Virus record (IMG/VR): IMGVR_UViG_3300001517_000002
Location: 49,448-113,447 of that record
From: a virus
Lineage: Duplodnaviria; Caudoviricetes
Length of the DNA: 64,000 bases
Strand: one strand, 5' to 3'
The notes beneath the pieces are model-generated. The model searched no databases and was not told where the DNA came from. It was given only the letters and a program-made list of their open reading frames with translations. Below, piece after piece: positions 9,506-19,625 of this stretch; positions within the stretch are counted from its first letter, which is position 1; every line of letters begins with the position of its first letter. Made by a program: the position numbers and the translations under genes.

Positions 9506-11128
9506 TTAACCATTTGGTTTGGGTTGATTATTAGAATTATTTGTTTTACTCTTAATTGTATTTGGATTAGTAGGGTTGTCATTTGTTGGTCTACCGCCAC
9601 TACTATCTTCTTGATTTCCAGTATCATCTTCTTGATTTCCAGAGGTATTATAAGAAGTCTTATTAACTGGATATTTGTCTAATACTCCTTCTTCTAACTG
9701 TTCGTCCAACATAGCAAAATAAACGTCTTTGGGAATACCAGCGCAATTAGCAAGATACGCAAGTGAACCTCTACCAATAGTAAATAATTCTTTGGCTGTA
9801 TTGAAATATTTCTCCCTGTTTAAATGGGTTATTGGCAAGTAATTATTTTCAATATTAATAAAGTCCAGTCCGAGTATATTATAATTAATAACTTTGTTTA
9901 ATTCCAAAGTAATATCATATATCCACTCAAACAATTGACTGGTAACTAATTCAAGATTGGTTTGCTGAGAACTAAATGAAGTTGTTCCGCTTGCGTTAAG
10001 GAGTGAAGCCGCAAATCCCAAATCAGTCCCGACTTTAGTATCAAGATTGGACTCATAATCATTATCAAACAAATCAGTTTTGGTTTCGATACTTCCAATT
10101 TTCGTTCCTGCGGCGACAGAAAAGAATGTCGTTCCGCTTGAATTGCTCCTTCTTTGAACAGCCCTTTTTACCGCATCGTGTTGTTCTTCCTGTTGCTTTT
10201 TTGAAAGTGCCGAAGTACCAGCAGTTTTTCCTTCTGGGAATGTTTCGTATATAATATTATTGTTAATATTCCCAAGTAAATTTCTTTTAGTTCTTCTAAA
10301 ATCGTCTGAATATATAATGTCTTGAATTGCGCCAAGCACCAGCGGTCTACCCCAAGGCTCATCAAGATTAGAAGAAATCTTATGAACGATTGTTTTGGTA
10401 TTGTCCAAAATAAACATTTGATTTTCTGCTGTTTTGTCATTAGTCCATTTATTATATGCTACTGTAAATTCAGTAGGATATTTTTTTAATTTATCCTTTG
10501 GGCTTTCCATATTATCGCTTTCAAAGTAACTTAAATCAAAAGCAACAACATACGAGCTATTCATTGTTCCAACTATGCGGCAATAATCCGTAGGTAAAGA
10601 TTTTATTGCAATATTCAACTTGGCAAGCTTTGGTTTTAAAGCATTAACTTCTGAAATAGAAGTTGCTTTCCACTTACTCATATATTTTTTGTTAGAAGGT
10701 TTTGTTTTACCAGTATCTAAATAATAAAAAGCAATTCCATCAATACAACCTTTTAAAATAATGTCTCTAATTAATTGCTTATGCTTTATTTTGCGCATAG
10801 TATAATTCATTATTTCTTTCTGTATTTTAGAAGATTTATCTGTAATATAATTGGTTATAACATAATCCAAGGAGGGAAGGGCTTTCATATAATCGAGAGT
10901 GTTCCTTAAAATACCATCGCTTGAATACAATCTTCGTGAAATAATTCTAAGCTCCTTGTTATTATAGTCGTTCATAGGATTTTGAATCATACTAACTATA
11001 TCTTCAGTTCGATAGTCACTCAAAATATCAAACCACGTTTTTGTAGTTACATCACTATGCCACCAGTAACTATTTACTTCATAGTTAGTTGTATCTTTTC
11101 GTCTGGTTATTTTATGTACTTTAGCCAT
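9506..11128 (-). CDS. portal protein
   Basis: 540 aa directly downstream of the terminase; low-complexity GGRP tail typical of SPbeta-type portals. Confidence 0.8.
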   Translation of the reverse strand: MAKVHKITRRKDTTNYEVNSYWWHSDVTTKTWFDILSDYRTEDIVSMIQNPMNDYNNKELRIISRRLYSSDGILRNTLDYMKALPSLDYVITNYITDKSSKIQKEIMNYTMRKIKHKQLIRDIILKGCIDGIAFYYLDTGKTKPSNKKYMSKWKATSISEVNALKPKLAKLNIAIKSLPTDYCRIVGTMNSSYVVAFDLSYFESDNMESPKDKLKKYPTEFTVAYNKWTNDKTAENQMFILDNTKTIVHKISSNLDEPWGRPLVLGAIQDIIYSDDFRRTKRNLLGNINNNIIYETFPEGKTAGTSALSKKQQEEQHDAVKRAVQRRSNSSGTTFFSVAAGTKIGSIETKTDLFDNDYESNLDTKVGTDLGFAASLLNASGTTSFSSQQTNLELVTSQLFEWIYDITLELNKVINYNILGLDFINIENNYLPITHLNREKYFNTAKELFTIGRGSLAYLANCAGIPKDVYFAMLDEQLEEGVLDKYPVNKTSYNTSGNQEDDTGNQEDSSGGRPTNDNPTNPNTIKSKTNNSNNQPKPNG

Positions 11129-11145
11129 TTATACCTCCTTTCTTT

Positions 11146-12804
11146 TTAGTTCACAAATACCTGAGTTTCATATTCTTCATCTATAGACATATCTTTAGCA
11201 AATTTTTCAACATACCAAAGCATATATATTAATGCCGAGACTCTATCCTTATCTACTTTTCTTGCAACTCTTTCAATTGTTATTCCACCATTAGACAAAT
11301 GCTTCATTTTTAAGTTGGCAGCTTCTTCAATAAACGCATCAGTTTCAATATATGGTCTTATTAAATTTTCGGAATCCGCCCACTCACTTTCGGTAAAATC
11401 TGTCTCTATTTTTCTTTCTAATAATTTTAATTTACCACTTTCAACATAATCAATAAATGTAGTAACTATTTCATTCTGACATGATTGTGCCTTGAGGTTG
11501 TATAGGATTTTGGGCGAATTTGGAATCTCTGGTTCATTGTCATCATTAATTGTGTCCCAGCAACCTAAACTTTCTCCTGTAATTGGGTCAATAGTTTCTG
11601 TTAACAACGCATCTATAAGTCCAGCACCCAAACCATTACCATCGCAAATAACCATCTTCGCATGATACTGCTTTTGCACTTGCTTTACCCTTATGGACTG
11701 TTTAGTGAAATTATATATATTAGGAACATTTATAATATCAATGATTTCAACCGCAACAATCCTTGAAGCATCAGCATTGCGTATGATTTTACCAACTACA
11801 ATTGAAGATTGGTTATTAGAAGTTTTCTGACTTCGTGCAACGTCAACCCCCATGAAGATTTCGTCATTTTCTGTTATCTTTGTTTGTTTTGATAAAACTC
11901 TACAATTAAGCAGTTTATTAATATTTACCAATGCACCCTCAGAAGCTCCAACCCATTCTTGTTCATAGTTTTGTGCAAAAGCTACCAGTGACATATTTTT
12001 TTTCTTATTGAGTATCTGACTCTTACTTGAACCACGACCATACCAGCAAGGCAACATCCAATTAGAACCAAGAACAATCTTTCCTTTGAGTTGTTCCATT
12101 TCGTCAACCATACTTAATAGTCTAAGATATTCGTCACTACCTTTAAATCCAGCAGTTGTGAAGAAATGAATTTGTTGATTAAGCTCACAAGGGTCAGGTA
12201 TTCCAAGTTTGCCAACGGTTAAGCGAGGGACTTCAACAACGGGGGCAAGTGCATCCTCGAACAAGGTATTATTAAGTAATGCTGCTTCTTCTATTTTTAA
12301 ACGTGTACGTCTTTGTCCTTTTGTACTTTGAGCATTTGCAATAGCATCAATTTCAGAACCATTTTTGAACTTAATAAAAGCATATCCTTTTGAAAACTTG
12401 GGCTTATCCTCTACTTCGTTTAATAAAAGCGGATAATGTTTTGTTATTTCATTCCATTTAGCAGCCAAAAGGTCAGCAGCATTTTCTTTTGTTTGTGCTG
12501 AAATAGCAACAGTTATGTTGGGATATAGCATTGCAGCACATATGCAATCCAATACCTCGTCATATGTTTTTGCGTAGCCTCTTGAGAAATCTCCATACAT
12601 ACTAAAAAATCTCAAATCGCATCTGAGAAAAATTCTTTGGTCAAGATGAAGATTGATACCCCCTTTTGGGGGTTTAAGCATATCCAACATTAAATCAGGA
12701 TAGAAACGAAAGAAGCTTATTAAATCATAATAATTCTCAATTCTCTTGCCAAAAGGAGTATCATCAACAAGAGCTTTAATTCTATCATTCGCCATCGGCA
12801 TCAC
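11146..12804 (-). CDS. terL: terminase large subunit
   Basis: SRGYAKT Walker A, LKIEEAA Walker B, MGVDVAR and KDRVSA nuclease motifs. Confidence 0.9.
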   Translation of the reverse strand: MMPMANDRIKALVDDTPFGKRIENYYDLISFFRFYPDLMLDMLKPPKGGINLHLDQRIFLRCDLRFFSMYGDFSRGYAKTYDEVLDCICAAMLYPNITVAISAQTKENAADLLAAKWNEITKHYPLLLNEVEDKPKFSKGYAFIKFKNGSEIDAIANAQSTKGQRRTRLKIEEAALLNNTLFEDALAPVVEVPRLTVGKLGIPDPCELNQQIHFFTTAGFKGSDEYLRLLSMVDEMEQLKGKIVLGSNWMLPCWYGRGSSKSQILNKKKNMSLVAFAQNYEQEWVGASEGALVNINKLLNCRVLSKQTKITENDEIFMGVDVARSQKTSNNQSSIVVGKIIRNADASRIVAVEIIDIINVPNIYNFTKQSIRVKQVQKQYHAKMVICDGNGLGAGLIDALLTETIDPITGESLGCWDTINDDNEPEIPNSPKILYNLKAQSCQNEIVTTFIDYVESGKLKLLERKIETDFTESEWADSENLIRPYIETDAFIEEAANLKMKHLSNGGITIERVARKVDKDRVSALIYMLWYVEKFAKDMSIDEEYETQVFVN

Positions 12805-13888
12805 TTCCTATATTGTAATCTTTTGGCAATTGAATAAACTTCTTTACAGCTTCTCGGTTTTTTTCAGAAGTATCATCTGTAAAAATATTATATGGGTCGC
12901 CATACTGTGCGATATATTCTTCCTTCTTTCTGTCATAAAACTTATAAACTTCCTCATAAGCTACTTCTGGTAAACCTTTCAATTTGCGACAGAAATTAAT
13001 ATAGCACCAAATTATAAAATCTGGTGCATCATTAGGAGCATATTTAAACCTTGGTAAAATTTCTATAATATCAGCAGCTTCTTCAACAGCTTTTGATATT
13101 TCACTAATTGTAGTTATGCCGCCTTGCAAATCTGCCTGTGTTAGCTGCTTGGGTGTAAGCTTTGCTTTTTCGGCAGCATCTTGAGCTGCTTTATTCCATT
13201 TATTTGCGCTTTCCACATCTCCATTAGCTGTCGCTTCTTCTTCTCTGACTTTGAACCTGACGTATGTTGCAAGAGCTTCTTCGTGAAGATTTGTTGTCAA
13301 CTGATAATTTTGTTTAAGTTTGTCGTATTTTTTCTGCATTTTACGATACTGTGCTTTGGTATATCCCTCACCAAATCTATCAATTATTTCTTCTGTGACA
13401 ATAAACTCATCGTCTTGACTAACAAACACTTCATTAACATTCTCTTTTTTGCTTTTACGTCCAGAAGTTGTAATCTTCGTGCAAGTCGTTGCATCATTGC
13501 CAAGTAATTTCATACTATCCATAAAATTCATTTTTGAATACTTAGATAATGTAGAAATGTTCTTCATGTACTTACCAATAATATCTGTATAAGTATCAGA
13601 TTTTTCAACTTCCGCTACACTAAAATCAAGCACTTCTGGTACAAAGGGTCTATCTATTAACATGAGCATTTTTTTAAATGACTCAACATTTAAACTTCCA
13701 TCAATATTTAATGAGCCAGCTTTAAAACACTCCTTGCAAATATTAACCGTTTTACCATCACTTGAAGTCAAGGGATTTGAAGCAACATAAAAATTCTTCA
13801 AAGGCAATTCCCTGTTGCAATTAGTACAGTTTTTCATAGGGATAGTTTTAGCTTTACTTCCCTTGGGTCTACCTCTTTTAACTGCCAA
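12785..13888 (-). CDS. putative terminase small subunit (N-terminal RGRP and CxxC zinc finger)
   Basis: Overlaps the terL start; CTNC...CKEC. Confidence 0.55.
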   Translation of the reverse strand: MAVKRGRPKGSKAKTIPMKNCTNCNRELPLKNFYVASNPLTSSDGKTVNICKECFKAGSLNIDGSLNVESFKKMLMLIDRPFVPEVLDFSVAEVEKSDTYTDIIGKYMKNISTLSKYSKMNFMDSMKLLGNDATTCTKITTSGRKSKKENVNEVFVSQDDEFIVTEEIIDRFGEGYTKAQYRKMQKKYDKLKQNYQLTTNLHEEALATYVRFKVREEEATANGDVESANKWNKAAQDAAEKAKLTPKQLTQADLQGGITTISEISKAVEEAADIIEILPRFKYAPNDAPDFIIWCYINFCRKLKGLPEVAYEEVYKFYDRKKEEYIAQYGDPYNIFTDDTSEKNREAVKKFIQLPKDYNIGSDADGE

Positions 13889-13911
13889 ATATAAAATCTC
13901 CCTTCTATATA

Positions 13912-14103
13912 TTAATCAGAAGTCTTTCCGTAAAAACCTGTTGTCTTGGCAATATAATTACCGTTACAGTAGTTTTTTGTCATGTCTCTATTTGCTTTTT
14001 CTCCACAAACAGGACAAGACTCATGCGGATTATATTCACTAATTTTTTTATCTACCATAAACTTTTTATCACACTTGGGACATATGTAATTATATTCTGG
14101 CAT
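13912..14103 (-). CDS. FmdB-family zinc ribbon protein
   Basis: MPEYNYICPKC...CPVCG. Confidence 0.75.
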   Translation of the reverse strand: MPEYNYICPKCDKKFMVDKKISEYNPHESCPVCGEKANRDMTKNYCNGNYIAKTTGFYGKTSD

Positions 14104-14329
14104 TTTTTGTTATCTCCTTTTAATAAATTGGTGCGTTCTTACATATCGTTGCAATGCTTAAACGCATAAACGGGGAGGCAACCTCCCCATAGGAGGAAAT
14201 AAGTATTATGATGATGTCAGTAAATATAACTTGTGGCTTTGCAGGACTTATCCCGAATACCTACTACTGCAAGTACAGCGGAGAGGCGGTTTTCATCTCT
14301 CGTAGAATCCTAAAACTCTACCCTCTATT

Positions 14330-14406
14330 TGGTGAGCGTAGGGAGATTTGAACTCGCCATTACGACCTTGAAAGGGTCGTGTCCTTACCTATTAGACGAT
14401 ACACCC
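14330..14406 (-). tRNA. tRNA-Glu(TTC)
   Basis: Cloverleaf; CGACC-CT TTC AA-GGTCG; encoded CCA. Confidence 0.9.
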
Positions 14407-14759
14407 ATAATGCGCACCTTTACATTGTACTGTAAACGGTATAATGCGCAATATACAAGCACGAAAATCAAAGCGATACCTGTGCGCACAGACAACGCAA
14501 TGCAAGAGATGCTTGAAAACTCTTTCCTTGAAAGACCTACCATGGTACGCTTGTAACAGAGGCGTGGTAGGTACATTAGTGCTCGTAAAGAGCTGAGTCT
14601 TATATAGTGCCAGTTAATGGCTCTGTTGTACCACAAATCTTGCTCATGTGACTTAACACAAGGTTACTGTCTGCGGTATACTTTAATAGCAAATACCAAG
14701 AAACTAAGCGCAACGCAAGCATTGAGCTTACAAAGAAGGTAAGTGCAATTCTTTTATAT

Positions 14760-14835
14760 TGGCGGTCACGGCAAGACTCGAACTTGCGACCAACGGTTTA
14801 ACAGACCGCTGCTCTACCAACTGAGCTACACAACC
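14760..14835 (-). tRNA. tRNA-Asn(GTT)
   Basis: Cloverleaf; GCGGT-CT GTT AA-ACCGT; TTCGAGT T-loop; CCA. Confidence 0.92.
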
Positions 14836-14915
14836 ATACGCCCCTTTGGGCGTACAAGTATATTTTACTTGCCCTTGGTGGCAAGAACTATATCAAAGAC
14901 CAGCTATTGCCAATC

Positions 14916-15332
14916 TTACAGTCTTATTTTCTCTTGTATCTGAAATGGGACGAAGCTTGATGCAATCGCATACTTCATTGCTGTCTCAGCAGCGGACTTC
15001 TCCACAAAATATACCGTATCAGCAAATGCGTTTTTATTGTCAGAATATTTCACCGCTTCGCCTATCATTACACCGTCATCGTAAACGGCAACCATTATGT
15101 TCCCATCTCCGCTACGGGCTTCTGCAATTTCTTTATCAAATCTTGCACAACTATCGTAATCAAAAGCAATTGTATTACCATTAATAGTTTTGCCATTCAT
15201 ACTTGCGGCAAACCCCTGATAATCCTGATAATTTATAATTACGCCAGAACAGCCGTTCTGCATTACAGATAACAAAAGGTCAGTTGTAAACTCATCATAA
15301 TTTCCGTATGTTTTGTAAGAAGCATTTACCAC
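14916..15332 (-). CDS. hypothetical protein
   Basis: 138 aa with an AAGGAG RBS. Confidence 0.7.
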   Translation of the reverse strand: MVNASYKTYGNYDEFTTDLLLSVMQNGCSGVIINYQDYQGFAASMNGKTINGNTIAFDYDSCARFDKEIAEARSGDGNIMVAVYDDGVMIGEAVKYSDNKNAFADTVYFVEKSAAETAMKYAIASSFVPFQIQEKIRL

Positions 15333-15345
15333 GAAAATCTCTCCT

Positions 15346-16545
15346 TTAATTCAAAATTATTTTATAGGTTTCGGTATGTCCATATATATCATCGAAACCA
15401 TAAATCTTTACAGCACCCTTAGAGCCTTTAAATAAACTATCTGAATAAGGGTCACTACCAATAAACGATGGGGCAACAATAACTTCACAGTCATATGTAC
15501 AACCTTCTGCGACAATAGTTTCTTTACCACCATGCAAATGACCCATAAGCAAAAAATCTACATTCTGATTTGTTAAAGTTCTAATGTCCTGTAAAGCTGT
15601 AGATATATTTTTTATTTGATGACCATGCAACGCATATAAATCAAATCCAGTTACATCAGTAATCTTGATATATTGAGTATTGTCGTTTGCCAAGTGAACA
15701 TTTATTCTTGGATTGTTTGCAAGTATATCCTTGATATAATTACCAATAACATATTCTAAATCTTCATCAGCAAGCTCAGAAGCCTTTGTTCCCAAAGGTC
15801 TTATTTGAGTATGATTAGCTGTTGGAACATGATAGTATGCAACATTTGTGTATGCAGACAACTTGTTTAAGAACATAGCAATCAGTCTACTATAATTTAC
15901 TACTGCCTTTACAACAGAAGTATCATTAAGTGCAAGGTCAGACATATGTATAATACCTTGTATGCTGTCCCCCAAAGATGTTATTATAATCTTCTGTAAT
16001 CCCCTTGAGGTCACAAATTCAATAAGTCTATCAGATAAATATTCTAATCTTATCCCAAATTCTTCTGGAGAATAAGAATTGTTATGAGACTCGAATGTTG
16101 CACCATAATGTGTATCACTAATTGCAACCACATAAGTTAATGGGCGATTGCCAATAGTGTCTATTTCATTTTTAAATGCAGGAACGGGGAGTGTTTGGAT
16201 AGCATTGCCTATTTGTTCAAAATATAACTCTTGCCTTGCTTCATTTCTATCCAGACGATTGCGTTCCAAGTTGGCAGTTTGTAACTTCATTCTCTCCTTA
16301 CGAAGTTCACGACTTTTAAGTTCTATCTCCCTGCAAACATCATCACTCGATGTGAATATATCCTTGCAAGCAGAATACATACGGTCAAAATACTGCCAAG
16401 TCTTTCTAAAGCAGCTTTCAGAATATGAAGTTCCAAAGCGTTTGTTTAACATCTCAGCAACTTCATTCCAGCTTTTATAAAGTTCTTTCTTTGAACAAAC
16501 TTCATAAATAGTTCTAAGTTGCTCTTTGGTAAACTTGTCTTTTAT
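15346..16545 (-). CDS. calcineurin-like metallophosphoesterase (YonJ-like)
   Basis: SDTH, LGD, ANH, LHGH and GHLH motifs; frame extends from ATG 16452 to an RBS-linked ATA at 16545. Confidence 0.85.
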   Translation of the reverse strand: MKDKFTKEQLRTIYEVCSKKELYKSWNEVAEMLNKRFGTSYSESCFRKTWQYFDRMYSACKDIFTSSDDVCREIELKSRELRKERMKLQTANLERNRLDRNEARQELYFEQIGNAIQTLPVPAFKNEIDTIGNRPLTYVVAISDTHYGATFESHNNSYSPEEFGIRLEYLSDRLIEFVTSRGLQKIIITSLGDSIQGIIHMSDLALNDTSVVKAVVNYSRLIAMFLNKLSAYTNVAYYHVPTANHTQIRPLGTKASELADEDLEYVIGNYIKDILANNPRINVHLANDNTQYIKITDVTGFDLYALHGHQIKNISTALQDIRTLTNQNVDFLLMGHLHGGKETIVAEGCTYDCEVIVAPSFIGSDPYSDSLFKGSKGAVKIYGFDDIYGHTETYKIILN

Positions 16546-16561
16546 AACAACTCCTCCTTGG

Positions 16562-16747
16562 TTATCTCTCTACGGTATTTGAAACACTAATTGTTACATC
16601 AACACCATCAAAATGACTAAGCGTAGTTGCAAGTTCGATTGCCTGTCCATCTTCAAGTTCAACAGCAATCGTGTTACTATCTTCGCTAACACTCAGTATT
16701 CCTTTTATAGTTATTGTATTCTTTTCTACTATACTTGATTTCGCCAT
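16562..16747 (-). CDS. YonK-like small protein
   Basis: 61 aa: ITIKGIL...LSHFDGVDVTISV; same position as SPbeta yonK next to the phosphoesterase. Confidence 0.6.
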   Translation of the reverse strand: MAKSSIVEKNTITIKGILSVSEDSNTIAVELEDGQAIELATTLSHFDGVDVTISVSNTVER

Positions 16748-16819
16748 TTTATAATCTCCTTTTATGATTTCACACAAATCGCATTTTTTTAAATCATGAT
16801 TTTCCACACAATCGCATTT

Positions 16820-18241
16820 TTATAAGCTAATTGCCGTTCCGCTATTAACACATATAACCTTTGTGCTTTTATTCTTCTTTGAATATTCATCCTGTAATTC
16901 CTTGCAGAACTTTTCCTTGTCATTGAAATTTGAATGAACAATCGCAATCTTATTACAATCTATGTTAGAATAATACTCAAGCATTTGATTATGTTGTATG
17001 TGACTTGAAAAGCTATTTAATGTTGTGACATACGCTTTGTTAGGCACAACCTTGCCATCAATTGTAATAGTTTTTTGCATACTATTTTTTATCTTATCAG
17101 CAAGACTACCATCTGCGCTGTAACCACAAAATACAAAGTGATTCTTTGGGCTACCTAAAAGTTTCTGCGCCCACGACACTGACCTTCCAGCAGACATCAT
17201 ACCGCTACTCGCCAATACAATACAGGACTCATTTGTTTCCTGTAACGCTTTGCTATCTGCATACTCACTGATAAAATGTACATTCTTCCAAATCATAACC
17301 TTTTCCCAAACGTGCATTTGTTTCTCGTTGACAATATGACACATCAATTTACAAATCTTAACCGCCATAGGTGAGTCAACATATATCTGGGTATTGAAGT
17401 TTTTGTCATTACCATATATCTCATATAGAACTGTAAGAATAGTTTGACATCTATGATTTGCGAAAACAGGAAACAATACCTTACCACCCTTTTCGACAGT
17501 CTGTTCAATAACAGTCTTAATTTTGTCAATATCAATCTGTCTGTCTTTGGGCTTTATCTGTCTCTTAGGATTTGCGTATGTTGCTTCAGCAATTACTAAG
17601 TCCGCATTTAAAACAGGCTCTAATGGATGAACATAATAACAGGGGACAGAAGTGTTTCCTAAATCAGAAGTGTAATAAATCTTTTTGGTCACATTATTAT
17701 GTGAAACCCATAGTTCAATATGAGCCGCATTTGTAATATGTCCGCTATGAGAAAAGCGTATTGTCACACAATCATCAATTACATTTTTTTCATTAAATGG
17801 TAGCTCTACCATTTTATCAAGTGTGGCTTGTACATCTTCCTCGGTGTATAAAGGCTCTACTGAATGACCTGTACGATTAAGAAACTCTGCGTCCTTATCA
17901 CATATATGACAACAGTCCTCCATAAGAATACGCATAAGGTCAAAGTTGTCTTTGGGGATATATATACTGCCTGTAAATCCACGCTTTACAAGAAGGGGAA
18001 GAAGATTGCAATGGTCACTATGAGCATGACCAACAAACACAGCTTCAATATCCTTTGCTTTAAAATCAAACTTAGCAGAATTAATTTTGTATTCTTCCCA
18101 TGTTGACTTAGATGACTGATGTAAACCGCACTCAAAAAGATACTGTTTGTCCGCTACTGTTAGTAATGTACGAGAGCCAGTAACCTCAGTTGCATTAGTA
18201 CCACAAAAAGTTACTCGCATAGTATTTTTACTTTTTGCCAT
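16820..18241 (-). CDS. metallo-beta-lactamase-fold beta-CASP ribonuclease
   Basis: EVTGS, HAHSDH, SGHI, TSDLG, EATY, SSGM and SSH motifs. Confidence 0.9.
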   Translation of the reverse strand: MAKSKNTMRVTFCGTNATEVTGSRTLLTVADKQYLFECGLHQSSKSTWEEYKINSAKFDFKAKDIEAVFVGHAHSDHCNLLPLLVKRGFTGSIYIPKDNFDLMRILMEDCCHICDKDAEFLNRTGHSVEPLYTEEDVQATLDKMVELPFNEKNVIDDCVTIRFSHSGHITNAAHIELWVSHNNVTKKIYYTSDLGNTSVPCYYVHPLEPVLNADLVIAEATYANPKRQIKPKDRQIDIDKIKTVIEQTVEKGGKVLFPVFANHRCQTILTVLYEIYGNDKNFNTQIYVDSPMAVKICKLMCHIVNEKQMHVWEKVMIWKNVHFISEYADSKALQETNESCIVLASSGMMSAGRSVSWAQKLLGSPKNHFVFCGYSADGSLADKIKNSMQKTITIDGKVVPNKAYVTTLNSFSSHIQHNQMLEYYSNIDCNKIAIVHSNFNDKEKFCKELQDEYSKKNKSTKVICVNSGTAISL

Positions 18242-18252
18242 GAGGTTTCACC

Positions 18253-19005
18253 TCAATTTTCATGGCACTCACAGTCGTTGCCACAGTCGCAAGACATATC
18301 ACTCATAAAAGAGAATATTTCTTCTATTTCAACATCCTTGCCTATAATACCGTCAACCATATCCATTTCAACAAGGTCATCTGCAAAGAACCAAGTGTCA
18401 TGTGGCATTATATCCGTAAGCTCCTTTACTGTAAACTTTGTTCTGGAGGCAACCGCCTTATTATATCTCTCGGTAAGGCGAGGCGAGAATTTAGCCCAAT
18501 CCTGTGCTTTGGTCGCAGTCATCAAGGGACAAGACTCATATCCATCATGAACCATAAATACAGCATCGGGAACAGATACTCTTGTATGACAAACTGCATA
18601 AACTGCAAATGCCATTGAAGCACACACTCCAAGACATACACCAATAACGGGAGTAGTAGAGTTCTGAATAGTATTGACAAGTGCCATACCAATCATCGTG
18701 TCGCCACCACAACAATTAATAATAAGAGTTATAGGTTTCCTTTTGTTAATTGGCTTTTCATAATCTTCTCCATTTATCTTACATATCTGCATAATAATTG
18801 TACGAAGAATATCATCATTGACCTCACCATCAAGATAAAGGACTCTATCATATCTATCTTCAATTTGAAGCCGTTCCTCAAGACCTATACTCATAATGGT
18901 CTGCATACCATGTTCAGCCGTTAGCTCACCATTGGCTGCTTCAAGTTCGTTATTTGTTTCTTCTATTTTTGTTTCTGGCTTCTTTTTTGCCATAATCATT
19001 TCCAC
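18253..19005 (-). CDS. ClpP-like protease
   Basis: INCCGG, CASMA (catalytic Ser), MVHD (His), DTWF. Confidence 0.85.
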   Translation of the reverse strand: MEMIMAKKKPETKIEETNNELEAANGELTAEHGMQTIMSIGLEERLQIEDRYDRVLYLDGEVNDDILRTIIMQICKINGEDYEKPINKRKPITLIINCCGGDTMIGMALVNTIQNSTTPVIGVCLGVCASMAFAVYAVCHTRVSVPDAVFMVHDGYESCPLMTATKAQDWAKFSPRLTERYNKAVASRTKFTVKELTDIMPHDTWFFADDLVEMDMVDGIIGKDVEIEEIFSFMSDMSCDCGNDCECHEN

Positions 19006-19054
19006 CTTTATAATTTGATACGGTTATCCAACCGCCCTTTGAAAACAAAGGATA

Positions 19055-19285
19055 TTAACCAATTGCGCCGTAAGTTTCTTTTACAACTAAATTAGAATTA
19101 AACTCGTTTATAAGTTCAATTATGCTGGTATCTTCACAAGCGTAATAATTATGTCTTTTTGATTTCTGAGACATTGTTCGAGCAACAGGAAGTTCTACTC
19201 TGTTGTCATTAAGTTTTTTTCTTATGTACTCAGCCTGTGCTTTGGTAACTTTAATCATTTTTTTTATTTTGCTCCTTTTAATCAT
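19055..19285 (-). CDS. hypothetical protein
   Basis: Short basic ORF heading the late operon. Confidence 0.6.
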   Translation of the reverse strand: MIKRSKIKKMIKVTKAQAEYIRKKLNDNRVELPVARTMSQKSKRHNYYACEDTSIIELINEFNSNLVVKETYGAIG

Positions 19286-19625
19286 TTTTTACTTGAACCA
19301 CCCATCGTCTAAAGTCAGTGGGATTGAGGCACTTTTCTTTTTCAAAAATATTTATCACCCTATTGACTTTAATATAATAGTGTGATATGATATAATGGGG
19401 TAATTTAAATCTCTTTATTATTATATATAAAAAAGAGAACAAGAGGGGAATGTCCCCTCCTGCCAGAGATTAATACATATCTCTCTGATTATACCCGTAA
19501 CAGATTTACTCTCTCTGTCATAGGCAGGTTTTTCTTTTCAAAACAAAACAACGGTATATAGGCAAATACGGTACTTACAAAGTACAAAATGAATAGTCGT
19601 TTTGAAAGAAATTCCTGTTGACATA

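Noticed and set aside
9605-9641. 16-bp direct repeat ATCTTCTTGATTTCCA
   Set aside because: Encodes a GNQED duplication in the disordered portal tail
14329-14943. ORF-track entries 14329-14556, 14385-14636 and 14743-14943
   Set aside because: They overlap tRNA genes or the structured spacer and have no RBS
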